DNA of 53,505 bases from an uncultured Gemmatimonadaceae bacterium (GTDB lineage: Bacteria > Gemmatimonadota > Gemmatimonadetes > Gemmatimonadales > Gemmatimonadaceae), in the NCBI GenBank assembly GCA_963843845.1, contig CAWJMB010000004.1, positions 1 to 53,505 of the forward strand. The letters run 5' to 3'. A program made the position numbers and the translations under genes. Under the pieces are notes generated by a model. That model saw only the letters and a list, made by a program, of their open reading frames with translations, made no database searches and was not told the origin of the DNA. Within the stretch, counting starts at the first letter, position 1. The number at the start of each line of letters is the position of its first letter. Positions 21,210-32,346 of this stretch are shown here, piece by piece.

Positions 21210-23140
21210 CCGTCGGGGGAATGGGCGGGGCGACCTCGGTCCACCCGCTGCTCGCGCGCCAGCTCCGGCGCTATCTCGCCGGTGGCGCGGACCCCGCCCT
21301 CCGGCCGCTGCTCGCCGCCGTGCACGCCGCGTACGAGGCGACCGACCACGAGCGGGCGCTGCTCGAGCATTCGCTCGACACGGTGTCGCAGGAGCTCGCC
21401 GAACGCTACGCGCGGCTCCAGGACTCCGCGTCGCTGCTGCGCGCCACGCTCGAGGCGACGGCGGACGGGATCCTCGTCGTCGACCTCGCCGGGCGCGTGA
21501 CGAGCTGCAACCAGCGCTTCTGCGAGCTGTGGGCGCTCGACGGCCCCGACGCGATCGTCGGGGCGAACGGTGCCGCGGTGCTCGCCGAGGTCCTCGCGCG
21601 CGCGGGGCGCGGCGACACCGGCAGCGACCCGCTCCCCGGGCCCGACGCGGAGATCACGGGGCTGCTCGCCGTCGCCGACGGGCGGATCCTCGAACGCACC
21701 TCGCGGCCGCAGCGCGTCGACGGCGCCGTCGTCGGCCGCGTGTGGTGCTTCCGCGACGTGACGCAGCGCGTCGTGCTCGAGGAGCGGCTCGCTCACCAGG
21801 CGTTCCACGACGATCTCACCGGTCTCGCGAACCGCGCCCGCCTTCGCCAGCGACTCGACGCTGCGCTCCTCCGCGCCGCGGGGTGCGAGGAGCACGTCGC
21901 CGTGCTGCTGCTCGACCTCGACGGCTTCAAGGCGGTGAACGACTCGCTGGGCCACGCGACCGGCGACGAGCTGCTCGCGCTCGTCGCGAAGCGGCTGTTG
22001 AACGCGACGCGCGGCTGCGACACCGTGGCGCGCCTCGGTGGCGACGAGTTCGCCGTGCTCCTCGAGCACGTCGCCTCCGACGGCGAGGTGACCGTGGTCG
22101 CCGAGCGCGCGCTCGCGGCGCTCCGCGCGCCGTTCGTGCTCGGCGGGACGACGACCACGGTCGGCACGAGCATCGGCATCGCGCGCGGCGAGACCGCGGC
22201 GAGCGCCGACGTGTCGGGGCGCGCGCTCTCGCCGGCCGACGTGCTGCTGCGCAACGCGGACCTCGCGCTCTATCACGCGAAGGCGCACGGCCGCGGGCGG
22301 CACGAGCGGTTCGACCCGGCGATGCACGCCGCGGCGCTCGGGCGCATCACGCTCGAGTCGGCGCTGCGCGAGGCGCTCGCGCGCGAGGAGTTCTGCCTGC
22401 ACTACCAGCCGATCGTCGACCTCGACACGCGGCGCACGGTCGGCGCGGAGGCGCTCGTGCGCTGGCACCACCCCGAGCGCGGACTCGTCGCGCCGGCGCA
22501 GTTCATCCCGGTGGCCGAGGAGACGGGCCTCATCGTGCCGTTAGGCCGCTGGGTGCTCGTCGAGGCGTGCCGCCAGGCGGCCGCGTGGGCCGCGACGTCG
22601 GGGCACGACCCGTACGTCACCGTGAACGTCTCCACGCGCCAGCTGCGCGACGACGCGTTCGTGCACCACGTGCGCGACGCGCTCGAGTCGGCGGGGCTCC
22701 CCCCGTCGCGGCTCGTGCTCGAGCTGACCGAGAGCGCCGTGATCGACCAGCCCGACGTGGCCTTCGAGCGGCTCTCCGCGCTCAAGGCGCTCGGCGTGCA
22801 GCTCGCCGTCGACGACTTCGGCACCGGCTACTCCGCGCTCAGCTACCTGCAGCACTTCCCGTTCGACGTCCTGAAGATCGACAAGACGTTCGTCGACCAC
22901 GTGACGCAGGGCGGCTCGCACGCCGCGCTCGCCTCGGCGATCGTCGCACTCGGCGAGGCGCTCGCGCTCCGCACGGTCGCCGAGGGGGTGGAGTACCCGG
23001 GGCAGCAGGTCGCGCTCCGGGCGATGGGATGCCACTTCGGCCAGGGCTACCACTTCGCCCGCCCCCTCCCCGCCGACGCCATGGAGCGCCTCCTCGCCAC
23101 GGAGGAGCACGCGGCGGCCGCCCGTCAGGTCGCCGCCTGA
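21206..23140 (+). CDS. PAS-GGDEF-EAL diguanylate cyclase/phosphodiesterase
   Basis: ATGA overlap with the FIST gene. PAS ([19 protein letters not shown]), [38 protein letters not shown]. Confidence 0.95.
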   Translation: MTVGGMGGATSVHPLLARQLRRYLAGGADPALRPLLAAVHAAYEATDHERALLEHSLDTVSQELAERYARLQDSASLLRATLEATADGILVVDLAGRVTSCNQRFCELWALDGPDAIVGANGAAVLAEVLARAGRGDTGSDPLPGPDAEITGLLAVADGRILERTSRPQRVDGAVVGRVWCFRDVTQRVVLEERLAHQAFHDDLTGLANRARLRQRLDAALLRAAGCEEHVAVLLLDLDGFKAVNDSLGHATGDELLALVAKRLLNATRGCDTVARLGGDEFAVLLEHVASDGEVTVVAERALAALRAPFVLGGTTTTVGTSIGIARGETAASADVSGRALSPADVLLRNADLALYHAKAHGRGRHERFDPAMHAAALGRITLESALREALAREEFCLHYQPIVDLDTRRTVGAEALVRWHHPERGLVAPAQFIPVAEETGLIVPLGRWVLVEACRQAAAWAATSGHDPYVTVNVSTRQLRDDAFVHHVRDALESAGLPPSRLVLELTESAVIDQPDVAFERLSALKALGVQLAVDDFGTGYSALSYLQHFPFDVLKIDKTFVDHVTQGGSHAALASAIVALGEALALRTVAEGVEYPGQQVALRAMGCHFGQGYHFARPLPADAMERLLATEEHAAAARQVAA

Positions 23141-23165
23141 CGGCCGGCCGCCGCGTGCGGCCGCG

Positions 23166-23693
23166 TCACATGGGCTCGTCCGCCGACGGGCCGTAGATCG
23201 ACGGCACCGGGATGTCGAGCAGCCGCAGGTAGACGCTGAGCTGCCCGCGGTGGTGCGCGAGGTGGCTGATGCCGAGCGTACGGATCGCGGCCGCCTTCGG
23301 CTGCCGCATGATCACGTGCTCGCCGCGCCGGAACGTCCACGTGCGCAGCCACGCCTCGTCGGTCGTCCGCGCCATCGCGTCGCGCAGCTTCGCCGTCAGG
23401 TCGTCGAAGAGGCGCAGCACGTCGTCGCGCGTGGCCGCCTTCGCCGGCGCCATCGCGTTCCCGCCGCCGGCGGTCGGGTCGAACTCGTCGGCCGAGAGCA
23501 CGCTCAGGAGGAGACCCGGCACCTGCGCGACGTGCGTCGCGAGCTTGCCGATCGGCATCGACTTCGCGTGCGGCGTCCAGTCGAACCGGTCGTCGGGCAC
23601 TCGCTCGAGCACTCGGCGCGTGCGTGCCATCTCGTGGTCGAAGTCGCCGAGGGCGAGCTGCTGCATCGACGGGGAAGCGTTAGGCGCGGTCAT
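23166..23693 (-). CDS. DinB/YfiT-family protein
   Basis: TRRVLERVPDDRFDWTPHAKSM...LATHVA...HLAHHRGQLSVYLRLLDIPVPSIYGPSAD. Confidence 0.9.
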   Translation of the reverse strand: MTAPNASPSMQQLALGDFDHEMARTRRVLERVPDDRFDWTPHAKSMPIGKLATHVAQVPGLLLSVLSADEFDPTAGGGNAMAPAKAATRDDVLRLFDDLTAKLRDAMARTTDEAWLRTWTFRRGEHVIMRQPKAAAIRTLGISHLAHHRGQLSVYLRLLDIPVPSIYGPSADEPM

Positions 23694-23791
23694 GGGCTGT
23701 GGAGAGAATGAGAGGGGATGCCTCGGATGCTTCGGCATCCTAAATACATTCCCGTGAACGTCCTCGCACCCCCACCTCCCAACTCGTGACG

Positions 23792-25918
23792 ATGCGCTTC
23801 TTCTCCGCGCTCATCTTCCTGCCGATCGCTCTCACCGCGCAGCAGCCGGTCACGAAGGACGGCCGCCCGCTCGTCGGCTACACGCCGGCGAACGCCGCGC
23901 GCGAGCGGGCCGCCGAGGGCGCGGCGATCGCGCGCCCCGACGCGAGTCGCGCCCGCACGCACTCGAAGGCGCTCTCCGCGGAGACGCACGTCGCCGGCAC
24001 GGCGGCGCAGGCGCGCACGCGCGACTACGTCATCGCGCAGATGAAGGCGATGGGGCTCGAGACCGAGGTGCGCGCGTATCAGGTGTATCTGCCGCACGCG
24101 ACCGGGGTCCGGCTGTGGCGCATGCCGCCGACCGGCGGGGCCGCCGAGCTCTCGCTCGCCGAGCCGCCGGTGCCGGGCGACTCGACGTCGTATCTCGCGC
24201 AGTACCCGACCGTGAACGGGTCGAGCGCCGCGGGCGACGTCACCGGCGAGGTCGTGTTCGTGAACTACGGACTCATCGAGGACTACGCGCAGCTCGATTC
24301 GTTGGGCGTCTCGGTGCGCGGCAAGATCGCCGTGGCGCGCTACGGACGCTCGTTCCGCGGCATCAAGGCGCGCGAGGCGGAGAAGCGCGGCGCGGTCGCG
24401 CTGCTCATCTACAGCGACCCCGCCGACGACGGCTTCGTGCGCGGCGACGTCTATCCCGCCGGCCCGATGCGCAACCCGGACGGCGTGCAGCGCGGGTCGG
24501 TGTTCAACGGCAACGGCGACCCGTCGACGCCCGGCTACCCGAGTCGCGAGGGCGCGACGCGCATCGCGGCCGAGCGCATGGGAACGCCGCGTATCCCCGT
24601 CATCCCGATCGGCTACGGCAACGCGGGCCAGCTGCTGGGCGCGTTGGGCGGCCCGGCGATCCCGCAGGCGTGGCAGGGCGGCCTGCCGTTCCGCTATCAC
24701 CTCGGCCCCGGCCCGATGCGCGCCCGCGTCCAGGTCACGACCGACTCGGCGACCGCGGCGTACAAGACGATCTGGGACACGTTCGGCACCGTCCGCGGCA
24801 GCGAGCTGCCGGACGAGATCGTGATGATCGGCGGCCATCGCGACGGCTGGGGGCCCGGCGCGGCGGACAACGTGAGCGGCATCGTCAGCGTGCTCGAGGC
24901 GGCGCGCGCCGTGATGGAGCAGGTGAAGGCCGGCATCCGCCCGAAGCGCACGATCGTGTTCGCGACGTGGGACGCCGAGGAGTGGGGACTGGTCGGCTCG
25001 ACCGAGTACGTCGAGGACGACTCGCTGCGCCTCACGCGCCATGCGGTCGCCTACTTCAACCAGGACGTCGCCGCCCAGGGGCCGGCGTTCGACGGCGGCG
25101 GCTCGCCGTCGCTCCGCGCGACGCTGCGCGACGTCGCGTCGACCGTTCCCGATCCGAGCGGCGGCACCGTCTACGACGTGTGGCGCCGGCGCGCGGGCGT
25201 CACGAGCCCCGCCGACACCGCGACGCCGGCCATGGGCGACCCTGGCGGCGGCAGCGACTTCGCCGGCTTCTACAACCACCTCGGCATCCCGATCGCGGAA
25301 TGGGGGTTCGGCGGCGCGGGGGGCGTCTACCACTCGCAGTACGACTCGTTTCACTGGATGTCGACGTTCGCCGACCCGACGTTCGCGTATCACGCCGCCG
25401 CCGCCCGCGTCGCGGCGGCGATGGTGCTGCGTACGGCGAACGCCGACGTCCTCCCCTACGACTACGTCGAGTACGCGCGCACGCTCCGCCGCTACGTCGC
25501 GCCGATCGCGCGCACGTTAGGCACCCGGCTGCGCGGCGCCGCCCCCGGCGTCGAGCCGGTCACCGCCGCGCTCGACCGCATGGAGCGCGCGGCGGCCGAC
25601 TTCGCGGCGGCGCGCGACGCCGCCCTCGCCCGCGCGACGCCGCCGAGCCGCGCGGCGTTGGGCACCGCGAACGAGGCGCTGAAGCAGGTCGAGCGCGCGA
25701 TGACGCGCCCCGAGGGGCTCCGCACGCGCCCCTGGTTCCGCAACCTCGTCTACGCCGCCGACGAGGACAACGGCTACGCCAACATCCCGCTGCCGTCGGT
25801 GAGCGAGGCCGCGCGGAGCGGCGACGCGGCGCTCGTGTCGCGCGAGATCGCCGACCTCGCGGCGCACATCGACGCGGCGACGGCAGCGTTGGGCCGGGCC
25901 ACCGCGGCGCTCCGGTAG
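23792..25918 (+). CDS. M28 peptidase (glutamate carboxypeptidase II / transferrin-receptor-like)
   Basis: HVAGT, PA domain (VFVNYG, RYGRSFRGIK, YSDPADDG, VQRGSV), GHRDGW, GAADN, WDAEEWGLVGSTE, GSDF, YHSQYD. Confidence 0.93.
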   Translation: MRFFSALIFLPIALTAQQPVTKDGRPLVGYTPANAARERAAEGAAIARPDASRARTHSKALSAETHVAGTAAQARTRDYVIAQMKAMGLETEVRAYQVYLPHATGVRLWRMPPTGGAAELSLAEPPVPGDSTSYLAQYPTVNGSSAAGDVTGEVVFVNYGLIEDYAQLDSLGVSVRGKIAVARYGRSFRGIKAREAEKRGAVALLIYSDPADDGFVRGDVYPAGPMRNPDGVQRGSVFNGNGDPSTPGYPSREGATRIAAERMGTPRIPVIPIGYGNAGQLLGALGGPAIPQAWQGGLPFRYHLGPGPMRARVQVTTDSATAAYKTIWDTFGTVRGSELPDEIVMIGGHRDGWGPGAADNVSGIVSVLEAARAVMEQVKAGIRPKRTIVFATWDAEEWGLVGSTEYVEDDSLRLTRHAVAYFNQDVAAQGPAFDGGGSPSLRATLRDVASTVPDPSGGTVYDVWRRRAGVTSPADTATPAMGDPGGGSDFAGFYNHLGIPIAEWGFGGAGGVYHSQYDSFHWMSTFADPTFAYHAAAARVAAAMVLRTANADVLPYDYVEYARTLRRYVAPIARTLGTRLRGAAPGVEPVTAALDRMERAAADFAAARDAALARATPPSRAALGTANEALKQVERAMTRPEGLRTRPWFRNLVYAADEDNGYANIPLPSVSEAARSGDAALVSREIADLAAHIDAATAALGRATAALR

Positions 25919-25924
25919 CCCGTC

Positions 25925-26022
25925 GTTCTCGACAGAACGAACGGACGACGACCATTCGTGTTCGTCGTCCGTTCCTTCTGCTCCGTCCGCTCCGTCCGCT
26001 CCGTCCGTTCCTTCTGCCGACG
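25925..26022. repeat. Intergenic inverted element with 9-bp units, family shared with 38723-38816
   Basis: Left arm TCGACAGAACGAACGGACGACGA. Right arm TCGTCGTCCG-TTCCTTCTG-(CTCCGTCCG)x3-TTCCTTCTG-CCGA. Confidence 0.7.
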
Positions 26023-26040
26023 TCTCACCCGGGCCTGATC

Positions 26041-27099
26041 ATGCGCCGTCTGCTCATCCTCGTCCTGCTCCTCGGCATCGGCGCGCTCTTCGCCCTGCGC
26101 GGGCGCGAGTCGTCGCCGACCGCGTCCGCGCCGACCGCGTCCGCGCCGGCCGCCTACTTCGATACGGCCGGACGCAGCGACGTCGCGACGGGCGGCGTGC
26201 GCATGATCCCGATCACGACGCCGAAGGGAACGTTCCGCGTCTGGACGAAGCGCGTCGGCAACAGCCCGCGCGTCAAGCTGCTGCTGCTGCACGGCGGGCC
26301 CGGCGCGACGCACGAGTACTTCGAGGCGTTCGACTCGTTCCTCCCCGCCGCCGGCGTCGAGTACTACTACTACGACCAGCTCGGCTCCGCGTACAGCGAC
26401 CAGCCGACCGACACGTCGCTCGTCAACACGGCGCGCTACGTCGAGGAGGTCGAGCAGGTCCGCCAGGCGCTGGGGCTCGACAGCACGAACTTCTTCCTCC
26501 TCGGCCACTCGTGGGGCGGCATCCTCGCGACCGAGTACGCGCTCAAGTACCAGCGGCACCTCAAGGGGCTCGTCATCTCGAACATGATGTCGAGCGCGCC
26601 GGCGTACGGCGCCTACGCGCGCGACGTGCTCGAGCCGGCGATGGACCCCGCGGTGCTCGCCGAGGTGAAGGCGATCGAGGCGCGCAAGGACTACGCGAAC
26701 CCGCGCTACATGGCGCTGCTCACGCCGAACCACTACGAGCAGCACGTCCTGCGCATCCCGGCCGACTCGTGGCCCGACCCGGTGAAGCGCGCGTTCGCGC
26801 GCCTCAACCCCGCCGTCTACATCCCGATGCAGGGGCCGAGCGAGCTCGGGATCTCGGGCAAGCTCGCGACGTGGGACCGCACCGCCGACCTGCCGAAGAT
26901 CACCGTCCCGACGCTCGTCGTCGGCGCGAGATACGACACGATGGACCCGGCGTTCATGGAGCGCATGGCGAAGGCGCTGCCGCGTGGCCGCTACCTCTAC
27001 TGCCCGACCGGGAGCCACATGGCGCTCTACGACGATCAGCAGACGTACATGCGCGGCCTGATCGCGTTCCTGCACGACGTCGACGCGGGGAGGCGCTGA
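26041..27099 (+). CDS. Proline iminopeptidase-family alpha/beta hydrolase (S33)
   Basis: LLHGGPG, YYDQLGS, GHSWGG nucleophile, GARYD, GSHM. N-terminal signal or TM segment. Confidence 0.92.
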   Translation: MRRLLILVLLLGIGALFALRGRESSPTASAPTASAPAAYFDTAGRSDVATGGVRMIPITTPKGTFRVWTKRVGNSPRVKLLLLHGGPGATHEYFEAFDSFLPAAGVEYYYYDQLGSAYSDQPTDTSLVNTARYVEEVEQVRQALGLDSTNFFLLGHSWGGILATEYALKYQRHLKGLVISNMMSSAPAYGAYARDVLEPAMDPAVLAEVKAIEARKDYANPRYMALLTPNHYEQHVLRIPADSWPDPVKRAFARLNPAVYIPMQGPSELGISGKLATWDRTADLPKITVPTLVVGARYDTMDPAFMERMAKALPRGRYLYCPTGSHMALYDDQQTYMRGLIAFLHDVDAGRR

Positions 27100-27106
27100 G
27101 CGCCCG

Positions 27107-28102
27107 GTGGACGTCGCGTCGCTCGCGGCGGCCGTCGCCCGCGCGTCGGAGCGGCTCGCGCCCCACGCGCTCGAGACGCCGCTCGTCCCCGCGACGGCGC
27201 TCGGCGCCGGCGTGTGGTACAAGTGCGAGAACCTGCAGCGCACCGGCTCGTTCAAGATCCGCGGCGCGCTGAACAAGCTCCTCACGCTCGGCCGCGACGC
27301 GCCCGGCCGCGACGCGCTCGACCGCGGCGTCGTCACGTCGTCGACGGGGAACCACGGGCTCGCCGTCGCCGAGGCGCTGCGCGTCGTCGGCGGCCGCGGC
27401 ACGATCGTCGTGTCGGCGGGCGCGTCGCCGTACAAGGTCGCGCGCCTCGCCGCGGCGGGGCTCGAGGTCATCACGCACCCCGGCGACCCGATGGCGGCCG
27501 AGCTCGCGGCGCGCGCGCTCGGCGAGCGCGAGGGGCGCGTCTACGTCTCGCCGTACAACGACGCCGACGTCGTCGCCGGTCAGGGCACGTTAGGGGTCGA
27601 GATCGCGCGCCAGCTCCCCGACCTCGAGGTCGTCTACGTCGCCGTCGGCGGCGGCGGGCTCGCGGCCGGCGTCGCGGCGGCGGTGAAGGCCGCGCTGCCG
27701 GCCGCGCGCGTCGTCGGCTGCTGGCCCGAGCACGCGACGGCGATGCTCGCCTCGATCCGCGCCGGCCGCGTCGTCGACGTCGACGAGCGGCCGACGCTCT
27801 CCGACGGCACGGCCGGCAACCTCGAGCCGGGCTCGCTCACGCTCCCGCTCTGCGCGGCGCTGCTCGACGAGCACGTGACGGTGAGCGAGGCGGAGATCGC
27901 GCGCGCCATGCGCGACGTCGCGCTCGGCGACCACCTCGTGATCGAGGGAGCGGGCGGGGTCGCCGTCGCGGGGTGGCGGGCGCTCACGGCGCGCCGCCCG
28001 GAGCTGGCGGCGCGCCCGAGCGCGGTCGTGCTCTGCGGCGGCAACGTCGGCGCCGAGCTGCTCGCGCGAACGATCGCCGGCGCGGGGCCGGCCGTCACAT
28101 GA
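27107..28102 (+). CDS. PLP-dependent threonine/serine dehydratase-family enzyme
   Basis: KCENLQRTGSFKIRGA, SSTGNHG, SPYND...GQGT, VGGGGL, LCGGN. Confidence 0.92.
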   Translation: MDVASLAAAVARASERLAPHALETPLVPATALGAGVWYKCENLQRTGSFKIRGALNKLLTLGRDAPGRDALDRGVVTSSTGNHGLAVAEALRVVGGRGTIVVSAGASPYKVARLAAAGLEVITHPGDPMAAELAARALGEREGRVYVSPYNDADVVAGQGTLGVEIARQLPDLEVVYVAVGGGGLAAGVAAAVKAALPAARVVGCWPEHATAMLASIRAGRVVDVDERPTLSDGTAGNLEPGSLTLPLCAALLDEHVTVSEAEIARAMRDVALGDHLVIEGAGGVAVAGWRALTARRPELAARPSAVVLCGGNVGAELLARTIAGAGPAVT

Positions 28103-31100
28103 TCCGGCCCACCCCGGCGAAGATGCGCGGGCTGCGCCCCATCGCCTCGTTCAGCCGCGCGATCTCGCCGGCGACGATGGCGCCGAGCCGCCGGTCGACC
28201 GTGTCGGTCTCGACGATCAGCTCGCGGTAGCGCACGAGCTGGGCGTCGGTCGGCTTCGACGTCGGGCCGGCGATCATCCGCCCGATCGACTGCACCTCCT
28301 CGCGCAGCCGCGGATACTGGCGGTAGCCGAGCCCCGCGACCGGGCGCGTCATCGCGCTGTCGCGGAGTGCGGTGAGCGCCCGCACCGCCGCCGCGACCTC
28401 GCCGAGCCGCGCGTCGCGCGCCGGCCGCGCCCCCTCGATCGTGTCGAGCACCGCGCTCGTCGCGAGCTGCGTCTGCAGCGCCCCGAGCTGGCGGAGCAGG
28501 TCGTTCGTGCGGTAGAGCATGCGGTTCACGCGCGTCTCCAGGTCGCGCGCCTGCACCGCCGCCGCGAGCTGCGCGGCGAGGTCGGCGTCGCTCACCGCGA
28601 TGCGCGGGTCGGGCTCGACGCGCACCGGCTGCGTGACCGTGCGGTCGCCGACGGTGAGGGCGATCGTGTACTCCCCCGGCACGGCCATCGGCGCGGCCGG
28701 CCGGTTGAAGCGCGACTCCTCGTCGTCGCGCTCGAACGCCGTCCGCGAGCGCGCCTCCGCCTCGGCGAGGATGCGCGTGTCGCCCTTCGCGAGCGTGTCG
28801 ACGCGCGCCGCCGTGCCGGGGCGCACGGGGACGTAGCGCGCCTGCTCGCCGCGCGCGGCGGACGAGCTGTCGGCGCGCGCGGAGTCGCGGCGCGCCGAGT
28901 CGGGCGAGGCGCCGAGCGGCGCGCGCGCCGAGTCGCGCGGCGGCTGCCACGCGCCGTCGTAGCGGAGGTCCCACGCGACGCGGTGCATCCCCGCCGACGC
29001 CGGCTGGTCGCGCATCGTGCGCACCGTGCGCCCCGCTCCGTCCTTCACGGCGATCGTCACCGCGCCCGCGCGCGCCGCGGCGGGGAGGTAGTACGAGACG
29101 AGCGCGCCGTACTGCGGGTTGTCGCCGACCCAGTCCTTGAGGCCGATGCTCCCGTCGTTCTGCCAGATCTCGTAGCGCGTCGCGGCGCGCAGCGGGAAGA
29201 GCGTCGGCGCGGCGGCGGCGGTGGCGGCGGTCAGGCGCTGCAGCGGAGCGACGTCGTCGAGCACGTAGGCGCCGCGGCCGTGCGTGCCGATGACGAGGTC
29301 GTTGTCGCGCGGGTGCACGAACAGGTCGCGCACCGGCACCGGCGGCAGCGGGCCGCGGATCGGGAACCAGTGGCCGCCGCGGTCCCACGACGCGAACAGC
29401 CCGACCTCGGTGCCGGCGTAGAGCAGGTCGCGGTTCTTCGGGTCCTCGCGCACGACGTGCACCCACCCCTTCGGCAGGTTGCCGGCGACGTTGCGCCACG
29501 TGCGGCCGTAGTCGGTCGTCATGAAGACGTACGGCGTGTAGTCGTCGTCCTGATGGTGGTCGAGCGCGGCGTAGGCGGTGCCCGCGTCGGACGGCGACGC
29601 GTCGATCGTCGAGACCCACGCGTCGCTCCCCGCGCCGGCGGCCGCGAGGCTCGCCGTGACGTTCGTCCACGTGCGCCCGCCGTCGCGCGTGAGCTGCACG
29701 TTGCCGTCGTCGGCGCCCGCCCAGATCACCCCCTTCGCGACGCGCGACGGCGCGATCGTCAGCAGCGCGTTGTGGAACTCCGCCGCCGTGTTGTCGACGA
29801 CCACCGGGCCGCCCGACGACTGCTGCTTCGCCTTGTCGTTCTTCGTCAGGTCCGGCGAGATCACGTCCCACGCCTGTCCGTCGTTCGCCGTCCGGAAGAT
29901 CACATTGCCGCCGAAGTAGACGGTCGAGCTGTCGAACGGGTCCGTGACGATCGGCGCGTTCCAGTTGAAGCGGTACTTGTGCCCCGCGATCGCGTCGCCC
30001 GCCGAGCCGATGATCGTCGGGTCGGGGTGGATGCTGCGCTGCATGCCGGTGCGCGTGTCGACGCTCTGGATCATGCCGCCCTGCGACGCGTAGTAGACGA
30101 GCCACGGGCGCACGAGGTCGGGCACCGCGAAGAAGCCGTCGCCGCCGCCGAGCGAGATCCAGTCGCGCTTGCGGATGCCGGGGCGCGTGAGCGAGTTCGA
30201 CGGCCCGCACCAGTGGTAGTTGTCCTGCAGCCCGCCGCAGATCCGGTACGGCCGCTGCAGGTCGTAGGCGACGTGGTAGAACTGCGTGAACGGCACCGTG
30301 TTCAGCACCTCGAACGTCGCCGCGCGGTCGTACGACACCTGGAAGCCGCCGTCGCTCCCGCTCAGCACGCGCGACGGGTCGGTCGGGTCGATCCACAGCG
30401 CCTGGTGGTCGCCGTGCACCCCCTGCGCGATGCGGCGGAAGGTGCGCCCGCCGTCGTCCGACTGCATGAGGGCGCCGGAGAGCGCGTAGACGCGGTCGGG
30501 GTCCGCCGGGTCGACGCGGATGTCGGCGTAGTAGAACGGGCGGAAGTTGATGTTCGGGTCGCGGCTCACCATGGTGAACGAGTCGCCGCCGTCGGCGGAG
30601 CGCCACAGCTCCCCCTGCGTCTTCGTCTCGCTCACGACGTAGACGACGCTCGGGGTCGCTGCGCGAGATCGCGAGGCCGATGCGGTCCATCGGCTCGGTC
30701 GGCAGCCCCTTCGTGAGCTTGCGCCACGACTGCCCGCCGTCGACCGACTTGTAGACCGCGGTCTCGCCGCCGCCCGACTCGAGGTGCCAGGCGCGCCGCA
30801 GGAACGTGTACATGCCGGCGTAGAGCACGTTCGGGTTCCCGGGCTGCATCGCGATGTCGGAGCACCCGGTGAGCGCGTTGCGGTACAGCACCTTGCGCCA
30901 CGTGCGCCCGCCGTCGGCGGTCTTGAACACGCCGCGCTCGGCGTTCGGCCCCCACTCGTGGCCCAGCGCGCAGACGTAGGCGACCTCGGGGTTCCGCTCG
31001 TCGACGACGATGCGCGGGATGCGGTCGCTGTCCGGGAGCCCGACGTGCGCCCAGGTGCGCCCCGCGTCGACCGAGCGGTAGACGCCGGTGCCGAACGACG

Positions 31101-31467
31101 CGTTGTTGCGCGGGTTCCCCTCGCCGGTGCCGACCCACAGCACGTTCGGGTCGGAGGGGGCGATGGCGACGGCGCCGATCGACACGCTCGGCTGGTCGTC
31201 GAAGATCGGCTCCCACGTCACGCCGGCGTTGCGCGTCTTGAAGATGCCGCCGTTCGCGCCGGCGACATAGAACGTCTTGTAGTCGCCGGGAACCCCGACG
31301 ACGACGGAGACGCGCCCCGCCTCGTTCGTCGGCCCGATGGAGCGCCAGCCGAGGGCGCCGACGGCCCGCGAGACGGCGGCGGCGTCCTGGGCGGCGAGGG
31401 GAAGGGCGGCGGACGTGGCGCACAGCGCGAGCGCCGCGACGAGCGCGGCGGGCGGGCGGTAGAACAT
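28095..31467 (-). CDS. VPS10/sortilin-like BNR-repeat beta-propeller protein; one frameshift near 30650
   Basis: WRSIGP..GRV, many Asp-box repeats (SxDxGxTW), HGDHQALWIDP, GGLQDN, GGGDGF, GTHGRG. Split across ORFs 27634..31497 and 28095..30635. Confidence 0.9.
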
Positions 31468-31618
31468 GAACGAGGCTCCGGGTGCGAGGGCTCGCACTGT
31501 TTACAGCCCTGCGCGCGGGGCGGCAAGGCACGCCGCGGCAGGGTGGTGAGTCGGTGTCGTCGTCGGCTCGTCCGGAGGAGGATCTTCAATTCCATTCTCG
31601 TCGGCGGCGAGCGGCGCC

Positions 31619-32038
31619 TCAGAGGCACTTGTAGACGGCGGCCGTCGCGCCGAAGCGCAGGGTGAACGGACCGATCGAGTCCGCGCCGACGACGACGCGG
31701 AGCGTCATCACGTCGCCGACGATCCGGCCAGAGTAGAGGGCGGGCAACGAATCGACCGCCTCGCCGACGCGCACCGGACCGCCGTGCTCGCGCACGTGGA
31801 AGCCCGCCGCCGAGAAGCGGCCGCCGTCGGCGCGCACCGGCGTCGTGACCGTGCCGTGCGCGCAGTCGTACTCGATCGCGCCGCCCGCCGCGCCGAGCGT
31901 GAGGCGCGCGTGCTCGCCGCCCCACGTGCCGATGACGGGGCCGTCGCTCCCCGACACCGTGGTCGACGAGCAGGCGGCGCAGAGCGCGACGAGGAGCGGC
32001 GCGGCGGCCGCGCGGCGGGCGGCGGGTTCTCGGGACAT
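31619..32038 (-). CDS. Hypothetical lipoprotein
   Basis: Signal with lipobox-like LCAAC, then GTWGGEH...EYDCAHG and C-terminal KCL. Confidence 0.65.
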   Translation of the reverse strand: MSREPAARRAAAAPLLVALCAACSSTTVSGSDGPVIGTWGGEHARLTLGAAGGAIEYDCAHGTVTTPVRADGGRFSAAGFHVREHGGPVRVGEAVDSLPALYSGRIVGDVMTLRVVVGADSIGPFTLRFGATAAVYKCL

Positions 32039-32114
32039 GCGTGCCTCCGGCGACGGACCGACGGACGAACGACTTCCCTGCACTACCCGCGCGAGCGCCG
32101 CGCGGTCACGTCGA

Positions 32115-32303
32115 TCACGCGCAGCACTCGGGCCCGCAGCAGGCGACCGCCGTCGGCGCGGGCTTCGGCGCGGGCTTCGGCGCTTGCACGAGCGCCGCCA
32201 TGAAGCGGCTGTCGACGGCGTCGAGGTCGACCGACGCCTCGAGCCCGGCGTCGGCGAGGAAGGGAGCTGCGCGCTGCGGGGCCCGCGTCGTCACGCCCGA
32301 CAT
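32115..32303 (-). pseudogene. Probable deletion remnant of an ars operon (ArsM-like C-terminus)
   Basis: 62-aa ORF ending FLADAGLEASVDLDAVDSRFMAALVQAPKP...ACCGPECCA, resembling arsenite methyltransferase C-termini as recalled (not searched). No SAM-binding core. Confidence 0.55.
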
Positions 32304-32305
32304 GA

Positions 32306-32323
32306 TATCAACGATGATTGATA
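32306..32323. promoter_or_regulatory. ArsR/SmtB-type operator, ATCAA-N6-TTGAT
   Basis: AT-rich inverted repeat TATCAA-CGATGA-TTGATA, 2 bp upstream of the ATG at 32303, in otherwise very GC-rich DNA. Confidence 0.65.
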
Positions 32324-32346
32324 CACCGACACCGGGCGACGGCCCG

